NCBI GenBank assembly: GCA_964016885.1
Contig: OZ024742.1
Span: 235,414,001 to 235,478,000 of the forward strand
From: Eledone cirrhosa
Lineage: Eukaryota
Direction of reading: 5' to 3'
DNA length: 64,000 bases
Positions 39,241-52,470 of the stretch are shown in pieces. The position numbers and the translations under genes are program-made. The notes beneath the pieces are model-generated. The model did no database searches, was not told the DNA's origin, and saw nothing but the letters and a program-made list of their open reading frames with translations. Position 1 is the first letter of the stretch. Each line of letters begins with the position of its first letter.

Positions 39241-41084
39241 CAATATGGGCAGTAACACCCTCAAGAGGGCATTGTGAACTCTCAAGGGGGAGGGGCAACT
39301 TTTCAAGGCAAAGAGAGAGAGATCCAATATCCACAGCAAGCACCAAGTAAAGGATACAGGGTATTCAACTAAGCATGTTAGGTTCATCAACGAGTGTTTG
39401 AATTATGTAAAAAAGAGAAAGAAAGTAATAGGGAAAGAGTGGAATGACATGTGATGGATATGTGTCTGTTAAAGAAATGAATGTCCTATCTATTCTTGGT
39501 AAACTGCTGCTACTGACCAACCTCTCCACATCACTATTTCTCTCTCTTCATGTTCCTTTCTTTCTCCTTAACAGTGACATATTGTATTAAACATATGCTG
39601 ATGAATTCAAAACCTTAGCTGTTTGACTTGGTCACTACCAATCTCCTTTAGTTTGTCCTTCTTTTATTCACTTTAACAGGGACACATACTTCAGATGTTA
39701 ATAAACCAAAAACGATCACAAAGGATCATGCTGCTTGAATTTTAAATCTCTACTTCAAATCTTTTTTTACAATAGGAAGCTACTTTTGTAAAATTTTAAA
39801 ATGTTTAGATTATATCATCAGCAGTAGCTTCTTATTCTAGAAAAAGATTTGAAATTGAAATTTAAGATTCAAGCAAGGGATTCAAAAAAGTTGTCATCAG
39901 ATAACTTCATTTGAGTCCCTCTTCATAGAAAATCCAGATTTTGATGCATTATTTATACTCTTGTAAGTTAGCCAGATCTTCAAATGGGAAGAAAGGAAAC
40001 TCTGTCATATCAACATATAGCAAGGCAATTTCACAATAAGTGGTATAAAAATTTGGTATATTTTTAGTCCTTGAAACAGCTTGATCAAAATTCTGAAACA
40101 ATTGTGAAGTATGTGTCCCCGATAAAGAGAAATAAAAGAACAGAGGAATGGTGAACAAAAGGGTGCTTGTTGTGTCCTTGATCAGGCTAGGGAGGCAGTA
40201 AGGGACTACATATAGCTTAATGAGGGAGGGGTGAGAGGGAAATGTGGCCATAAAAGTGATGTTTGGCAGTTCATTGTAGAGTGTTCCTGTCTTTCTATGC
40301 TAGCATGGTTGGGCTAGGAACCTATTTGCTTTTACTGCAAGTCTTCTGTAGTACAGCATATTGCCACTCAATCTCCTTCGTAAGGTTCAGCTTCGTGAGG
40401 TCAGCTTTTAACACTTCATCCCAAATTTTCTTTAGTCTACTTCTGCATTTTCCTCTTACATTGGTTTCAGTTATTAGATATGGCCAAGCTGGGGCATATA
40501 TATATAGGAAGAACATATTTGATTGTGAGCTCCTACAGTTTCTTCTGTTCATGACTTTACTAAGACAAGTGAAGTCATGAGCAGAAACCGAATATTTTCT
40601 TCTTAAATATTCCAACTCTGCATCCCATTATCCATCAAGTACTACTTTGATTAGTGGTCTTTCCAGGCTTAGAACCATAGCCATTCCATATATATATATA
40701 CACACACACACAATCTACTTTTAGAACTGTTGTGTGAGTTATGAATTTTGAATGTTATGTTAACTTAGGGTTAACAGTTTCAATGCATGTTTTTGACTAT
40801 GAAAAATAATCAAAGCTGGAGATGGAAAAAAGTGGGCAGCATCACCCATATACATTCAAGCACACATTGTATGTGCATATATGCATATATCCTAATAACA
40901 TTTTCAATTACAAAAGCTTTATATTTTTGAAGAATTATAGAAGTCCACACCATTAAATACTCGCTGATCCCAGCCACCTTATTTTCATTACACTCAACTT
41001 TCACCCAAAGGAAAATGAAGCATGAAAGTAACCTTTTTGACTAATTAACTGACTGGGTAACTTCTCAATTGACTGTTTTTTTTT

Positions 41085-44000
41085 ACAGCTGGATGTCCTT
41101 CATAACACCAACCAGTGTGAAACTGGGTGGTCACACTTATGAGGCACGTCTGGCCAGTTGGCTGTTCTGTACCTTGCTCATATGGGACCATGTCTTAGCT
41201 AGGTCTTTACTACTGCTAGATGTATTTCTTAACACCAATCACGTTTAATGAGAGACTGGGTGGTCACGCTCATGAAGCAAGTCTGGCCAGTTGGCCACGT
41301 CGTGCCTTGCTCATACCAGACCATGTTTCGGCTGAGTATTTACAGCTGCTCAATGTCCTTCCTAATATCAATCACATTTATAGTGTGGAGCTGGGAGGTC
41401 TCGTTAAGAGGTAGGTTTGACCAGTTGCTGCACCGAACCCTGCTCATAATGGGACCTGTGTTTTGACTGGGTTTTTACAGCTGCTGGATGCCTTTCCTAA
41501 CACCAACCAACTTTACTGTGTGGTCCCACTTATGAGGCAAATTTGGCCGTGGAATTTGGTGGTCCTGGTTTTTCTGTTGTATATTGTAGCGCCAGAGGTC
41601 TTGGTCTTGTGTCATCTCCATTAAGAGGTTCAGCTGTGCCAGGTTAGCCTTTATCATTTCATCCCATGTCTTCCTCTTCTGAGGCCCCCTACACCTTTTT
41701 ATACAGCTGTCATCCTTCATGCGCATCACATGCCTAGACCATTGCAGTCTTCTCTCTTGCACACAGCATTTGATCCCTCTTATGCCCAGTTTCGCTCTCA
41801 ATTCATTTACATTTCATTGTTCATGCACACTACTGTTACACATCCTTCGGAGCATGCAGGCTTCATTTCTTTTCAATCTACATAGATACTTGGCACGCAG
41901 TGCCCAGGTTTCACTTTCATGTAGCATTGCTGTTTGCACACAAGCATCATACAACTTGCCTTTTATCTTGTGTGAGAAACCTTCTGTAGCTAGCAGTGGC
42001 AGCAGCTCCCTGAACTTTTCCCATTCATTCCTTACTCTGCCAATTGTACTTTCTGCGCATCTACCTCCACTGCCGATTTGGTTATGCAGGTAGCAGAAGC
42101 TAATGACTATTTCTCTTGGGTCTTCTGTGCATTTAAAAGAGCTTTTTTCCTGAGAGTTTTTGCTTACTGCCCCTGTGCAACGTCCACATATGAAGTCTAT
42201 GTTCTTTGCAAGCCTGCCTGATTTCCCACTACACTTTTTATGTACCCATAATTTGCAAAGGATTGAGTTCCTACCTACTCTTTTCTGCTCGCTAGGATCT
42301 TGGACTTTGCCAGGTTGACTTTAAGGCTTTTTGTTTTCAAGCTGTGCCTCCATGTCTGAAATTTCTTCTCTAATTCTGTCAAAGGTTCAGATGTGAGAGT
42401 TAGGTCGTCAATGTATAGGAATTACCATAGGTAATCAGTCATAAATTCCTCTGTTATAGCCTGCAGGACAATAATGAACGGGGGGAGGCTTAGAACAGAG
42501 AACTGGCAGACCCCCACTTGCCCACTGAATTCATCACTGTACTCATTGTTAATTTTGGCTTTATTGGTTGGGTATTCGTATAGATACATCAGGGCAGCAA
42601 GAAGCTGACCATCGATCCCATACTCTTGCACAGCCTTCCACAGCAGGTCCTGATGAATATGGTCATATGCCTTCTCATGGTCGACAATACAAGAATATAC
42701 TTCTTGGTAATACTCCCATGATTTCTCGAATACCTGCTGCAGTGTGAATATTTGGTTGGCCCTGCTGCGTCTGGGATGAAAACCACAGTTCATCAGCTAG
42801 CATAGACTCGACAATCTCCCTGCATCACTTTACCAGACACTGAGCATAGACTTTACCAAGGAGGCTTAATAAGAAGATCCCTCTGTAATTGTAACAATCT
42901 CTCTTGTCTCCCTTTTTGAAAATTGAGATTATCATTCCTGAGTGCCATTGCTTAGGCGCCTTTCCAAAGATTCAGGCCATCCGGCACACATGAGTCGGCC
43001 AGAGAATTCCTTCTCTATTTAAGGCTTTTAACATCTTGGGCCGAGTATGTGTTCAGATAAATGGTGCTAAATCGAAACCATTGAATGTGGGAGTTGGATT
43101 ATCACTTCTCCTGTTCATTATTTACATGAACAGGATTGATTGGAAGTGGTATCATGACTGGTGCATGTAAAATTAGTAGGCTGGAATTTGCAGACATGGT
43201 GTTACTTAACTCGACATAAGATGATCTTTGACTTGCACTTGATAGGTTTGATGCCGAGTGCTGCATAGCTGGAACGGAAATCAGTGCTGTGAAAACTGAG
43301 ACACTCGTCCTCAAAAGGAAGCCTGCATGCTACATGTGAATGGAGTTCCACTGAAGCAGGTAGAGAAGTTCAAGTTCACAAGGCAGGAGGCTGAATTAAG
43401 AATTGCAGGAGCTGGTGTATTACTGCACCAGCTCCTGCAATCAGAAGAAGGAAGGTAGGCGTGAAAGCCAAACTCTTCAATTTGGTATTTGTGCCAACCC
43501 TTATACATGATCATGAATCTTGGGTAATGACTGAAAGAATACGATTATGAATAAAAGCGGCTGAAATGTGATTCCTCTAAAGGTATTTGGAGTAAAGTAA
43601 ATCAGAAATCAGAGTCACTCCAGGTAGAGCTGCTACTTCTCCGAATTGAGAGATCACAGCTCTGATACATTGGGCATGCGGTTAGAATGTCTCAGGAAAG
43701 AATTGCTAGACAGATTTTACGGGCAAAACCAACTGGTAAGAGACCCAGAGGTATACCCTGAGCAAGATGGTAGGATAACATCAATGAGCTTGGCTGGTCA
43801 CGCCTGGGGATCTAGCTGGATCAGTTGGAGACGGTTACTTCTGACAGAACTCACTGGAAGGAGTGTTTGAGGACTATGCCCTCACAACCCTCTCAGGAAT
43901 AAGTGGGCAAAGAAGACTTTATGGGTGGCCCCTCTGTATATGGCCAGTACCACCTTTACAAGCCACTCATCTACCCCTAGTTTTCAGAGGGCCTACCAGA

Positions 44001-44530
44001 TTATAGGGCAAGGGACTCTGTCAAAAGCTTTCTCTAAATGCTAAGTAGAGCAGCTTGCTTTTAGCCAAGTACTCCTGCATTTGCTTCACAAGAGGGCCTC
44101 AGTGGTGCTTTTTCCCAGCACAAATCCAAACTGCATCTCATCTAGGTGTATATGACCACTAATCAGTTGTGTGATGACTCTTTCTTTAACTTTCATGTCC
44201 TGGTTAATTAGCTTGATGCCTCTGTAGTTACTTCTCTCTAGGGCATCTCCTTTTTCCTTATAACTGTTGACAATGATGCTGTTATACCAGTCATTGGGAA
44301 TGATACCATTCTGTATTACTTCATTTTCAGTTGGTTTGCTGGTTTCCTAAAGTTTGTGTTGCAGATAGTCAGTTCATTGGCGTCACATAATTCCAGGAGT
44401 CTTGATCCTTCCCCATTTCTTGTGCCAAACCCGAAAACTATGTGGACCTCACAGTAACTGTCGCGTTATCACTCCATATATCTGTTAAAGTCGCCTGCAA
44501 TAATAGTGATGTCACAGTTTCTGGTTTGGG
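41085..44530 (-). mobile_element. RTE LINE (host), interrupted at 42571-43916 by a second RTE
   Basis: Endonuclease remnant at about 44350-44520; RT continues across the insert (..LAIYRG | PTNKAKINNEYSDEF); C-terminal RRLQWSRHVMRM; ~125 bp repeated 3' UTR units at 41085-41560. Confidence 0.8.
42571..43916. mobile_element. Rex3/Expander-like RTE with 5' inversion, nested in another RTE
   Basis: Minus-strand RT from 43040 down to LMYLYE at about 42575, plus-strand continuation from RVCVQING at about 43042 to the AAGAAGA tail; degenerate TSD CTTTATTGGTTG (42559) / CTTTATGGGTGG (43917). Confidence 0.8.
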
Positions 44531-44534
44531 AATA

Positions 44535-46453
44535 TCTATATTAATAAAGCTGACGGCTGTATGTATGTATGTAACAAACTTTTGGCCAAACGGCACCAAA
44601 TTTGCACCATAGATGTAACTTTTTCCAAGGAAGAAAGTGAGGGCATTTTTGTCTACTAAATTTTGTTATTCTTGATTAAAGATATTTTATTGTTTATTTA
44701 AAGATTCACTTCTTTAAAATTTTCAAATGTCAACACTTCCGGTTAACAATCGCTTAAATAAACATTCACATATTTTGCAGTTTATATATATCGTCTTTTC
44801 GTTTTAATGTATCATGGATAAAATTTCTGTGTATATTATCAATCTCTATCTATATTAATAAAGCTGATGGCCGTATGTAAAGTGAGGAGTACATTACTGG
44901 TACTTTATTATATATCTATATTAATAAAGCCGACGGCCGTATGTATCTATGTATGTAACAAACTATTGGCCAAACGGCTGGACCAAATGGCACCAAATTT
45001 ACATCATAGATGTAACTTTTTCCAAGGAAGAAAGTGAGGAGTACATTACTGGTACTTTATTATATATAATATATTCATTCATTCATTTCATTTCATTTTA
45101 TGTCCACTTTTTCCCTGCTTGCAAGGGTAGGACGAGAACTGATTCTGGCTTGATTTCTACAGCTGGATGCCCTTCCTAACACCAACCTCATATATAATAC
45201 AATATTCCTCTCTTTTTCTTACTCTGTCTTTTAAGATAGATACATAGCTATAACGTCGCGTGCTTATAATATCTGTCTGCATTGACTTCGCTTCTAACCA
45301 ACTTTTAATTAATTAATTATATATATATATATAATTATATATTCGTGTACATATTTTCAACAGTAATACTATACTATACTAAATATTTTCAACAGTAATA
45401 CTGTACTACATATTTTCAACAGTAATACTATACTATATATTTTCAACAGTAATACTGTACTACACTATATATTTTCAACAGTAATACTGTACCGTACTAT
45501 ATATTTTCAACAGTAATACTGTACTATATATTTTCAACAGTAATACTATACTATATGTTTTCAACGGTCATACTATGCTATCTATATTAATAAAGCTGAC
45601 GGCTGTATGTATGTAACAAACTTTTGGCAAAATGGCTGGACAAAACAGCACCAAATTCTTTAAAATTTTCAAATGTCAACACTTCCGGTTAGCGATTGCT
45701 TAAATAAACATTCATATATTTTGCAGTTTATATCATCATCATTTCACATCCGCTTTTCTCTGCTTGCAAGGGTGGGACGGGAACTGATTCTGGCTTGATT
45801 TCTACAGCTGGATGCCCTTCCTAATACCAACCCCATTTACAGTGAGTCTTGGGTCCTTTTTTTCCGTGGCGCCTACACGTCCACTTTGCAGTGGAATGAT
45901 AGGGACCCAAGTCCTATCATCTCATTTCTACAGCTGACTAAACTGGAGCAATGTGAAATAAATTGTCTTGCTCAAGGAAACAACTCACAACCTTTCGATT
46001 ACAAGCCCAATGCTCTAACCACTAAGCCACGTGCCTCCATATATATATCATCTTTTTTTTTAATGTATCATGGATTGAATTTCTGTGTATTGTCAATCTC
46101 TATCTATATTAATAAAGCTGACTAAATTACTGGTACTTTATTATATATAATACGACATATATATATTTTCAACAGTAATACTATACAACACAGACGGCTT
46201 ATCGTCTGTTTATCCAAGCAAAGCTAGGTACATGAGCTATATATATCTATATCTGGATGCTGTAGAACACACCAATGGTAGCTGGGCGCCAGCTAGTACT
46301 ATATATTTTCAACAGTAATACTATACTATACTATATATTTTCAACAGTAATACTATACTACACAGACGGCTTATCGTCTGTTTATCCAAGCGAAGCTATA
46401 TATATATATATCTGAATGCCGTAGAACACGCCAATGGTAGCCAGGCCAGCTAG
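44535..46453 (+). mobile_element. Nest of non-autonomous Helitron-like elements
   Basis: Five A|TCTATATTAATAAAGC starts (about 44535, 44849, 44915, 45581, 46103), several followed by (GTAT)n; two GC-rich ends CCAGCTAG|T (46296, 46453), the first with a hairpin. Confidence 0.7.
45350..45575. repeat. Minisatellite, ~7 copies of ATATTTTCAACAGTAATACT(A/G)TAC..
   Basis: Direct repeats of ~28-33 bp; further copies at 46163-46360. Confidence 0.9.
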
Positions 46454-48016
46454 TATACATATAAAATGTAGTGTGCTCAGTTGCAGAAAATAACTGTAAG
46501 TACAGTCAGTTGCTATAAAATATGGTAAAAACCCTTAGAGACAGAAAAAGAAGTTGGCAGCAGCATGTTATGAGGGATCAAACCTTGTATCTCTCAGATA
46601 CTAGCTGAGTGCTCTAGCTATTGAGTTAAGGGACCTCTGACAACATATTATTAATGGGCTTTTGCAGTTCCAGTCTATCAAATGCTACTCACAACACATT
46701 GGTCAATCCGATGCTATAGTAGAAGACACTTGACTAGGGTGCCATGCAGTGAGACAGAATCCAGAACTATGTGGTTGCAAAGTGAAGCCCTTAACCATAC
46801 AGCCATGCCTGCACCAACTAAGTTGGCTACTGCCATCTAAAAGGTTTACAGGAACTTGAGATGTATAATATAAAATGACTACAGCAACTGGTTGTAGGTC
46901 CTCACTAAAGTATCACAGGGATGAAATCCTTCATCTCTGATCTGCTATTATAATTCATTATAAAGCATAACATAACTAGAGATTGTTGTTTTTATATGGT
47001 TGGAATTAAATATTCTCTTAGACTTAATCTGTGATTTTGTTGTCTTAGCAATATATACCACAAACAAACAGTAATGGCAGTAGCAGTTTCGAATTTATAA
47101 AAACTGTATGACTAGATAAGCAACCTCCAAGCCCGAATGCCATCATAAAGCAACAAAAGATTGAAAATATTAAACTGTCCACATACAAGAAGAATTCTAC
47201 GCAATTAATGAAGTAATATGACCACAGCCACTAAAACCAAGCTACTGGAATGTTATAACTAACTTAGGTGTATCAAGACACAGAAATCACTAACTTTTGT
47301 TAGTGTAAGTTATGTCTGGAGACAATTTTATTAAACAATATTTTGTTACAAATGGTGTTTTCAGTGTCAAATCAATTTTTACAAAAGATAATTTTGACTG
47401 TCCAGAAAATAATTGTTTCTACTTTTGGCACAAGGCCAGTAATTACCCAGTACATTACTGGTACTTTATTTTATCGACCCCGTAAGGATGAAAGGCAAAG
47501 TCAACCTCGGCGGAAAATAATATCCAACAATTATAGTTACATTTTAATTTAAAATCTATATTTCATCACAGATCTTTAGTTTTAATATTTTACATGACTT
47601 TCTCAAATATTTGTTCTTTTTACTTCTATTTTAGAGAGAATGTTTTCAATAAATCATCTCAATATTTTCTTGCTGTATATATTTATGTTTAACATGGCTT
47701 TGAATGAGAAACATTTTCTATTACTCTCACATCTATAAAGTTCTATTACTGTTTTTCCACTTTATGAGATTGTCTCTGTAAGAAACTAATGTCAAATAAC
47801 AGTAAATATCTCCCATGTGTATTTGTGGATTACAAGAGAATAATTTCCAACATATTGTCAGTTAAAGAATTTCTAAAATATTTGAATGAAAGTACATTTG
47901 TAGCTACAATATGAGAATTCAAAGAGAATGATTTCCAACATACTTCACCATGATATATGTTCTTCAATGTCTAATTGGTGGTGGACAATATTTGCATAAG
48001 AAGAATTTCTTACACT

Positions 48017-49810
48017 TCAGTTAAAAGACTCCTTTTTAGTGTGTATTTGTTTGTGTCTTTTTAAGTTGCAGTTACTGATAAAAGATTTCCCACATATTTC
48101 ACAGTTGCAGGGTTTTTCTCCAGTGTGTATTCTATAGTGTACTGTTAAATCCCTACTCCCAACAAAGGATTTCCCACATATTTCACAATGATATGGTTTT
48201 TCTCCAGTGTGTGTACGCTTGTGAATAACAAGATGAGAATTTTGAGTGAAAGATTTCCCACATATTTCACAATGGCAGGTTTTTTTCCCAGTGTGTATTC
48301 TTTTGTGAACTACAAGATGAGAATTCTGACTAAAAGATGTCCCACATATTTCACAATGATAGGGTTTTTCTTTAGTATGTATTCTATAATGACTTGTTAA
48401 ATAACTATTATTGACAAAAGATTTTCCACACATTTCACAGTGGAAGGGTTTCTCACCTGTGTGACTACGTATATGAATTACAAGATTTGAATTATTAATA
48501 AACGATTTCCCACATATTTCACAGTGAAAGGGTTTTTCTCCAGTATGTATCCTTTTATGTCTTGCTAAACTACTGTTATCACCAAATGATTTCCTACATA
48601 TTTCACAGGAATAAGGTTTCTCTCCAGTGTGTATTCTTTTGTGTTTTGTTAAATCCCTTTTAAAGATAAAGGACTTTCCACATGTTTCACACGGATGAGG
48701 TTTTTCTCCAGTGTGTATTCTTTTATGTGTTATTAAGTAACTGTTATCAACAAAAGATTTCCCACATGTTTCACAGTGAAAAGGTTTCTCCCCAGTGTGA
48801 CTACGTATGTGGATAACAAGAGTCGACTTATTAACAAAAGATTTCCCACATACTTCACAATGAAAGAGTTTTTCCCCAGTGTGTATTCTTTTGTGTGATT
48901 TTAAGACACTGTTTGTCATAAATGATTTTCCACATATTTCACAATGATAAGGTTTTTCTCCAGTGTGATTCTGTTCGTGGACAATAAGTCTGGAGTTATT
49001 GATGAATGATTTCCCACAAAACTGGCAGTGATAATCTTTTTTCTTATAGTGTTTACGTATGTGATTTCCAAGACTACTATTAAAAGAGAAAGATTTCCCA
49101 CATATTTCACAAGAATAAGGTTTTTCTCCGGTGTGACTTCGTTTGTGGATTAGAAGATTAGAATTTTGAGTGAAAGATTTCCCACATATTTCACAGTGAA
49201 ACGGTTTTTCTCCAGTGTGTATTCTTTTGTGTTTCGTTAAATAACTTTTACTGATAAAATATTTACTACATATTTCACATTGAAAAGGTTTTTCTCCAGT
49301 GTGTCTACGTTTGTGCACTACAAGATTAGAATCCTGAGTGAAAGATTTCCCACATACTTCACAGGAATAAGGTTTTTCTCCGGTGTGTATTCTTTTGTGC
49401 TTTTTTAAATTACTTTTATTGACAAATGATTCTTGGCATATTTCACATTGGAAAGGTTTTTCTCCAGTGTGACTACGTACGTGAACTACAAGACTAGAAT
49501 TCTGAGTGAAAGATTTCCCACATGTTTCACAGGAATAAGGTTTTTCTCCAGTATGTGTTCTTTTGTGTCTTGTTAAATTATTGTCTGATACAAAATATTT
49601 CAGGCATATTTCACAATGGTAGGGTTTTTCCATATGTATTTTTTGGTGAGTGAATATTTCATGTTCTGAAGAGAATGTTTTCTTACAAATCTCACAACTA
49701 TAGTCAAGAATATTTTTGTGTAATATTTGTTTGGTAAACGTTTCACTACATGAAGGTTTCACATCAATGTACGTGTGAGTATTTAAATCTAAATTGTTAG
49801 CAGTGTCCAT
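48017..49810 (-). CDS. Poly-C2H2 zinc finger protein, 597 aa, 20 fingers (CEIC subfamily)
   Basis: 20 CxxC..HxxxH fingers with TGEKPY/F linkers. Confidence 0.95.
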   Translation of the reverse strand: MDTANNLDLNTHTYIDVKPSCSETFTKQILHKNILDYSCEICKKTFSSEHEIFTHQKIHMEKPYHCEICLKYFVSDNNLTRHKRTHTGEKPYSCETCGKSFTQNSSLVVHVRSHTGEKPFQCEICQESFVNKSNLKKHKRIHTGEKPYSCEVCGKSFTQDSNLVVHKRRHTGEKPFQCEICSKYFISKSYLTKHKRIHTGEKPFHCEICGKSFTQNSNLLIHKRSHTGEKPYSCEICGKSFSFNSSLGNHIRKHYKKKDYHCQFCGKSFINNSRLIVHEQNHTGEKPYHCEICGKSFMTNSVLKSHKRIHTGEKLFHCEVCGKSFVNKSTLVIHIRSHTGEKPFHCETCGKSFVDNSYLITHKRIHTGEKPHPCETCGKSFIFKRDLTKHKRIHTGEKPYSCEICRKSFGDNSSLARHKRIHTGEKPFHCEICGKSFINNSNLVIHIRSHTGEKPFHCEMCGKSFVNNSYLTSHYRIHTKEKPYHCEICGTSFSQNSHLVVHKRIHTGKKTCHCEICGKSFTQNSHLVIHKRTHTGEKPYHCEICGKSFVGSRDLTVHYRIHTGEKPCNCEICGKSFISNCNLKRHKQIHTKKESFN

Positions 49811-51224
49811 ATTAATTACTCAGGAATTAAAAACAAAATGAGATATGTCTGTGAGTATAGTTTAGTATGGTTCAGTTTCTTGTTATTGATATCCTAGGAC
49901 TGTTTACATGATATAATTATGTTAGATAAAGTCAATCAATTGTCTTGTATCAAGGGACTGCAAATATGCAACGTCAATATATTTTCTACTTTCCAATCAA
50001 ATGCTTTTCGCTAAATGGGTCCTTTTCAAATGGTACACATAATTACTGAATTAAAAACAAAATCCCAAACTAAATTAGGAATGTGGATAGGATTAATGGA
50101 TGTTATATAGAGTACAATGTCCTTAAATGACTGATAGCTGAGGTCCTGATAAAATCGACGTTTTTCACCAATATTGTTTTAGACCATTATCAAAGAAAAT
50201 GTGTATATATATTTATAATGCAGTATATAGAGAAGAAAACACAAAAAGGGTTATGGTTTCAGTTACAAGGGGATTAACGCGAGTCTTTATCTCCGTTTTT
50301 TTTTTATTTGATATATATATTTATATACATGTATGTGTATTTGTATACGAGTAAGAAACGATATGATAGTATAAAATCAATATCGGAGAAAGAAAATGTG
50401 TATATTCGTGTCTGCGTCGTCGTCCAATAAAAGATGATGCTTGTGAATATATGTATTTGTCAGTGTAAAATATATGTGCATGTGGTCCTAGTAACTCAGG
50501 ATTTTTCACCACGGAATGTCCCAAAGTAGACAATTTGTTCTGTATTGCCAATACAAATAATTCGTGATTTCCATTTAAGACTAACTGAAAAGTAAAGAAG
50601 GGTCAGGAACACTTAAAATCCATTATAACATGAAATAATTGTTATATACGATATAACTACAGAAGTTGGAATGATTCGAAGTAGACGGTGACACTCAAAA
50701 TTTTCCCTTTGGTTAAATGACACCGGTAACACAAATTAAATGTTCATGACATAATTTAAAACATTCAAAAATACCTTCTTTTATAACAATTTACTCCTGT
50801 GAATGTATCCAACAGATATATAATATTTACGTATCAAGTGGGAAGCTCCTGCATTGTCTTTCAACATGCTAGAAATAGCAGCCAGATCCTCCTCAAATAA
50901 TACCTGACTGTTTTAAAAATGTATGGACATATTTGACAATGGAGTCTTAGTATACCCCGAGCAAGCTGGGTGGATAATATCCCTGAACTTGATTGGTCTC
51001 ACTTGCAGATTCAGCCGGATCAGTTGGAGACGGTTGCTTCTGACAGGATCTGCTGGAAGGAGTGTTTGACGACTCTGCTCCCATGTCTCTCTTAAAATGA
51101 AGAAGAAACCTGGTGCTTCTGTAATCGATCCTGTTTAGAACATCAACTTTGCCTTTGTCACAGTTAATGATGATACTGTTACAGTATTCTTTGGGTGTGT
51201 CATCTAAGATTATACTCTATAGAG

Positions 51225-52470
51225 TTTCATCATCATCATCATCACAATTTTATTTCCACTGTTCCCTTCTTGTATGTGTTAGACTAGTATTTTCCAACAT
51301 GGCATCCCTCCACTTGTGGTTTTTTCATGATCTCCACTGTTAGGTTCAGCAATTTGAGATCAACTGTCACTACTTCTACCTAGGTCTTCCTTTAGGGTAG
51401 CTATCTTTTACTAGGATCTGTTTTACCTAATGATCATCATCCATGCACATCACATGTGCATACAAGTGCACTTTTCCCTCTTGCATACTACATCTGATTC
51501 TTCTTATAGCCAGTTTTTCTTTCAGCTCATTTATGCTGCATTGTTCTTGCACATCCATTAAAGCATGCTGGCTTCATTTCTCTTCAGCTTTCGCATATCA
51601 TCCACATTCACTGCTCATATCTCACTACCATTCAATATTGCACTTTGCACACAAGCGCCATACAGCTGGCCTTTCTTTCTTAGAGAGAAACATTTTGTTG
51701 TCAATAGAGGTAATAGCTCCCTGACCTTTTTCTATCCTGTTCTCATTGTATGCTCTCAGGGCAACCTCCGCCACTGCTAATTAGGTTACTCCAGGGATTG
51801 GAAAATAGTTTATTTTGCTGATCTTCTTACTACAAACTATCCCTTTATGCCTGCCACATACAAAGTCTACCCTTCTTGTTAGTCTACCTGCTATCCTACT
51901 ACATCTCTCGTGTATCCAAGATTTACACGGCGTACATCATATAGAGTTTCTATCTCTTCTTTTTCTACATCTCAAGCATCGGGTTCTGTCTTACTAAAAC
52001 TTTAGTTTTTGCCAAGTTTACTCCAAGCCCTCTTGATTTTAAGTTATGTTTCCACAACTGGAATTTCTTCTTAAGCTCTTCTACATATTCAGCTATAAGA
52101 ACCATGTCATTAGCATACAGAAGTTATGGCCTAGAGAACTATAATAAACATGAGTAGGCTGAGAGCTATAATGAAAACACCTACCTGCACTGTGAATTCC
52201 TCACTAAACTCATCACCTATCATTTTACTACAGCTCTTCTGAATAAGGCTTTTACTGTTCTCACAAGCCATTCCTCAAACCTTATTATCCTTAAGCATCA
52301 CTAGATGACAGATTGTTCTACTCTGCCAAAGGCATTCTCCAGATCAATGAAAGCTAGATATAGTGGCCTATACATAGCTAGAAAATTCTCTTGTAGTTGT
52401 CTCATTAAAAAGAGGGAATCTGTGGTGTTCATTTCTAGCACAACCAAACTGCATCTCATCTAATTTAACA
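51225..52470 (-). mobile_element. Decayed RTE LINE
   Basis: Reverse strand shows LAFIDLENAFGRV, LLYANDMVL and the C-terminal region; (CAT)n tail at about 51228-51244. Confidence 0.75.
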
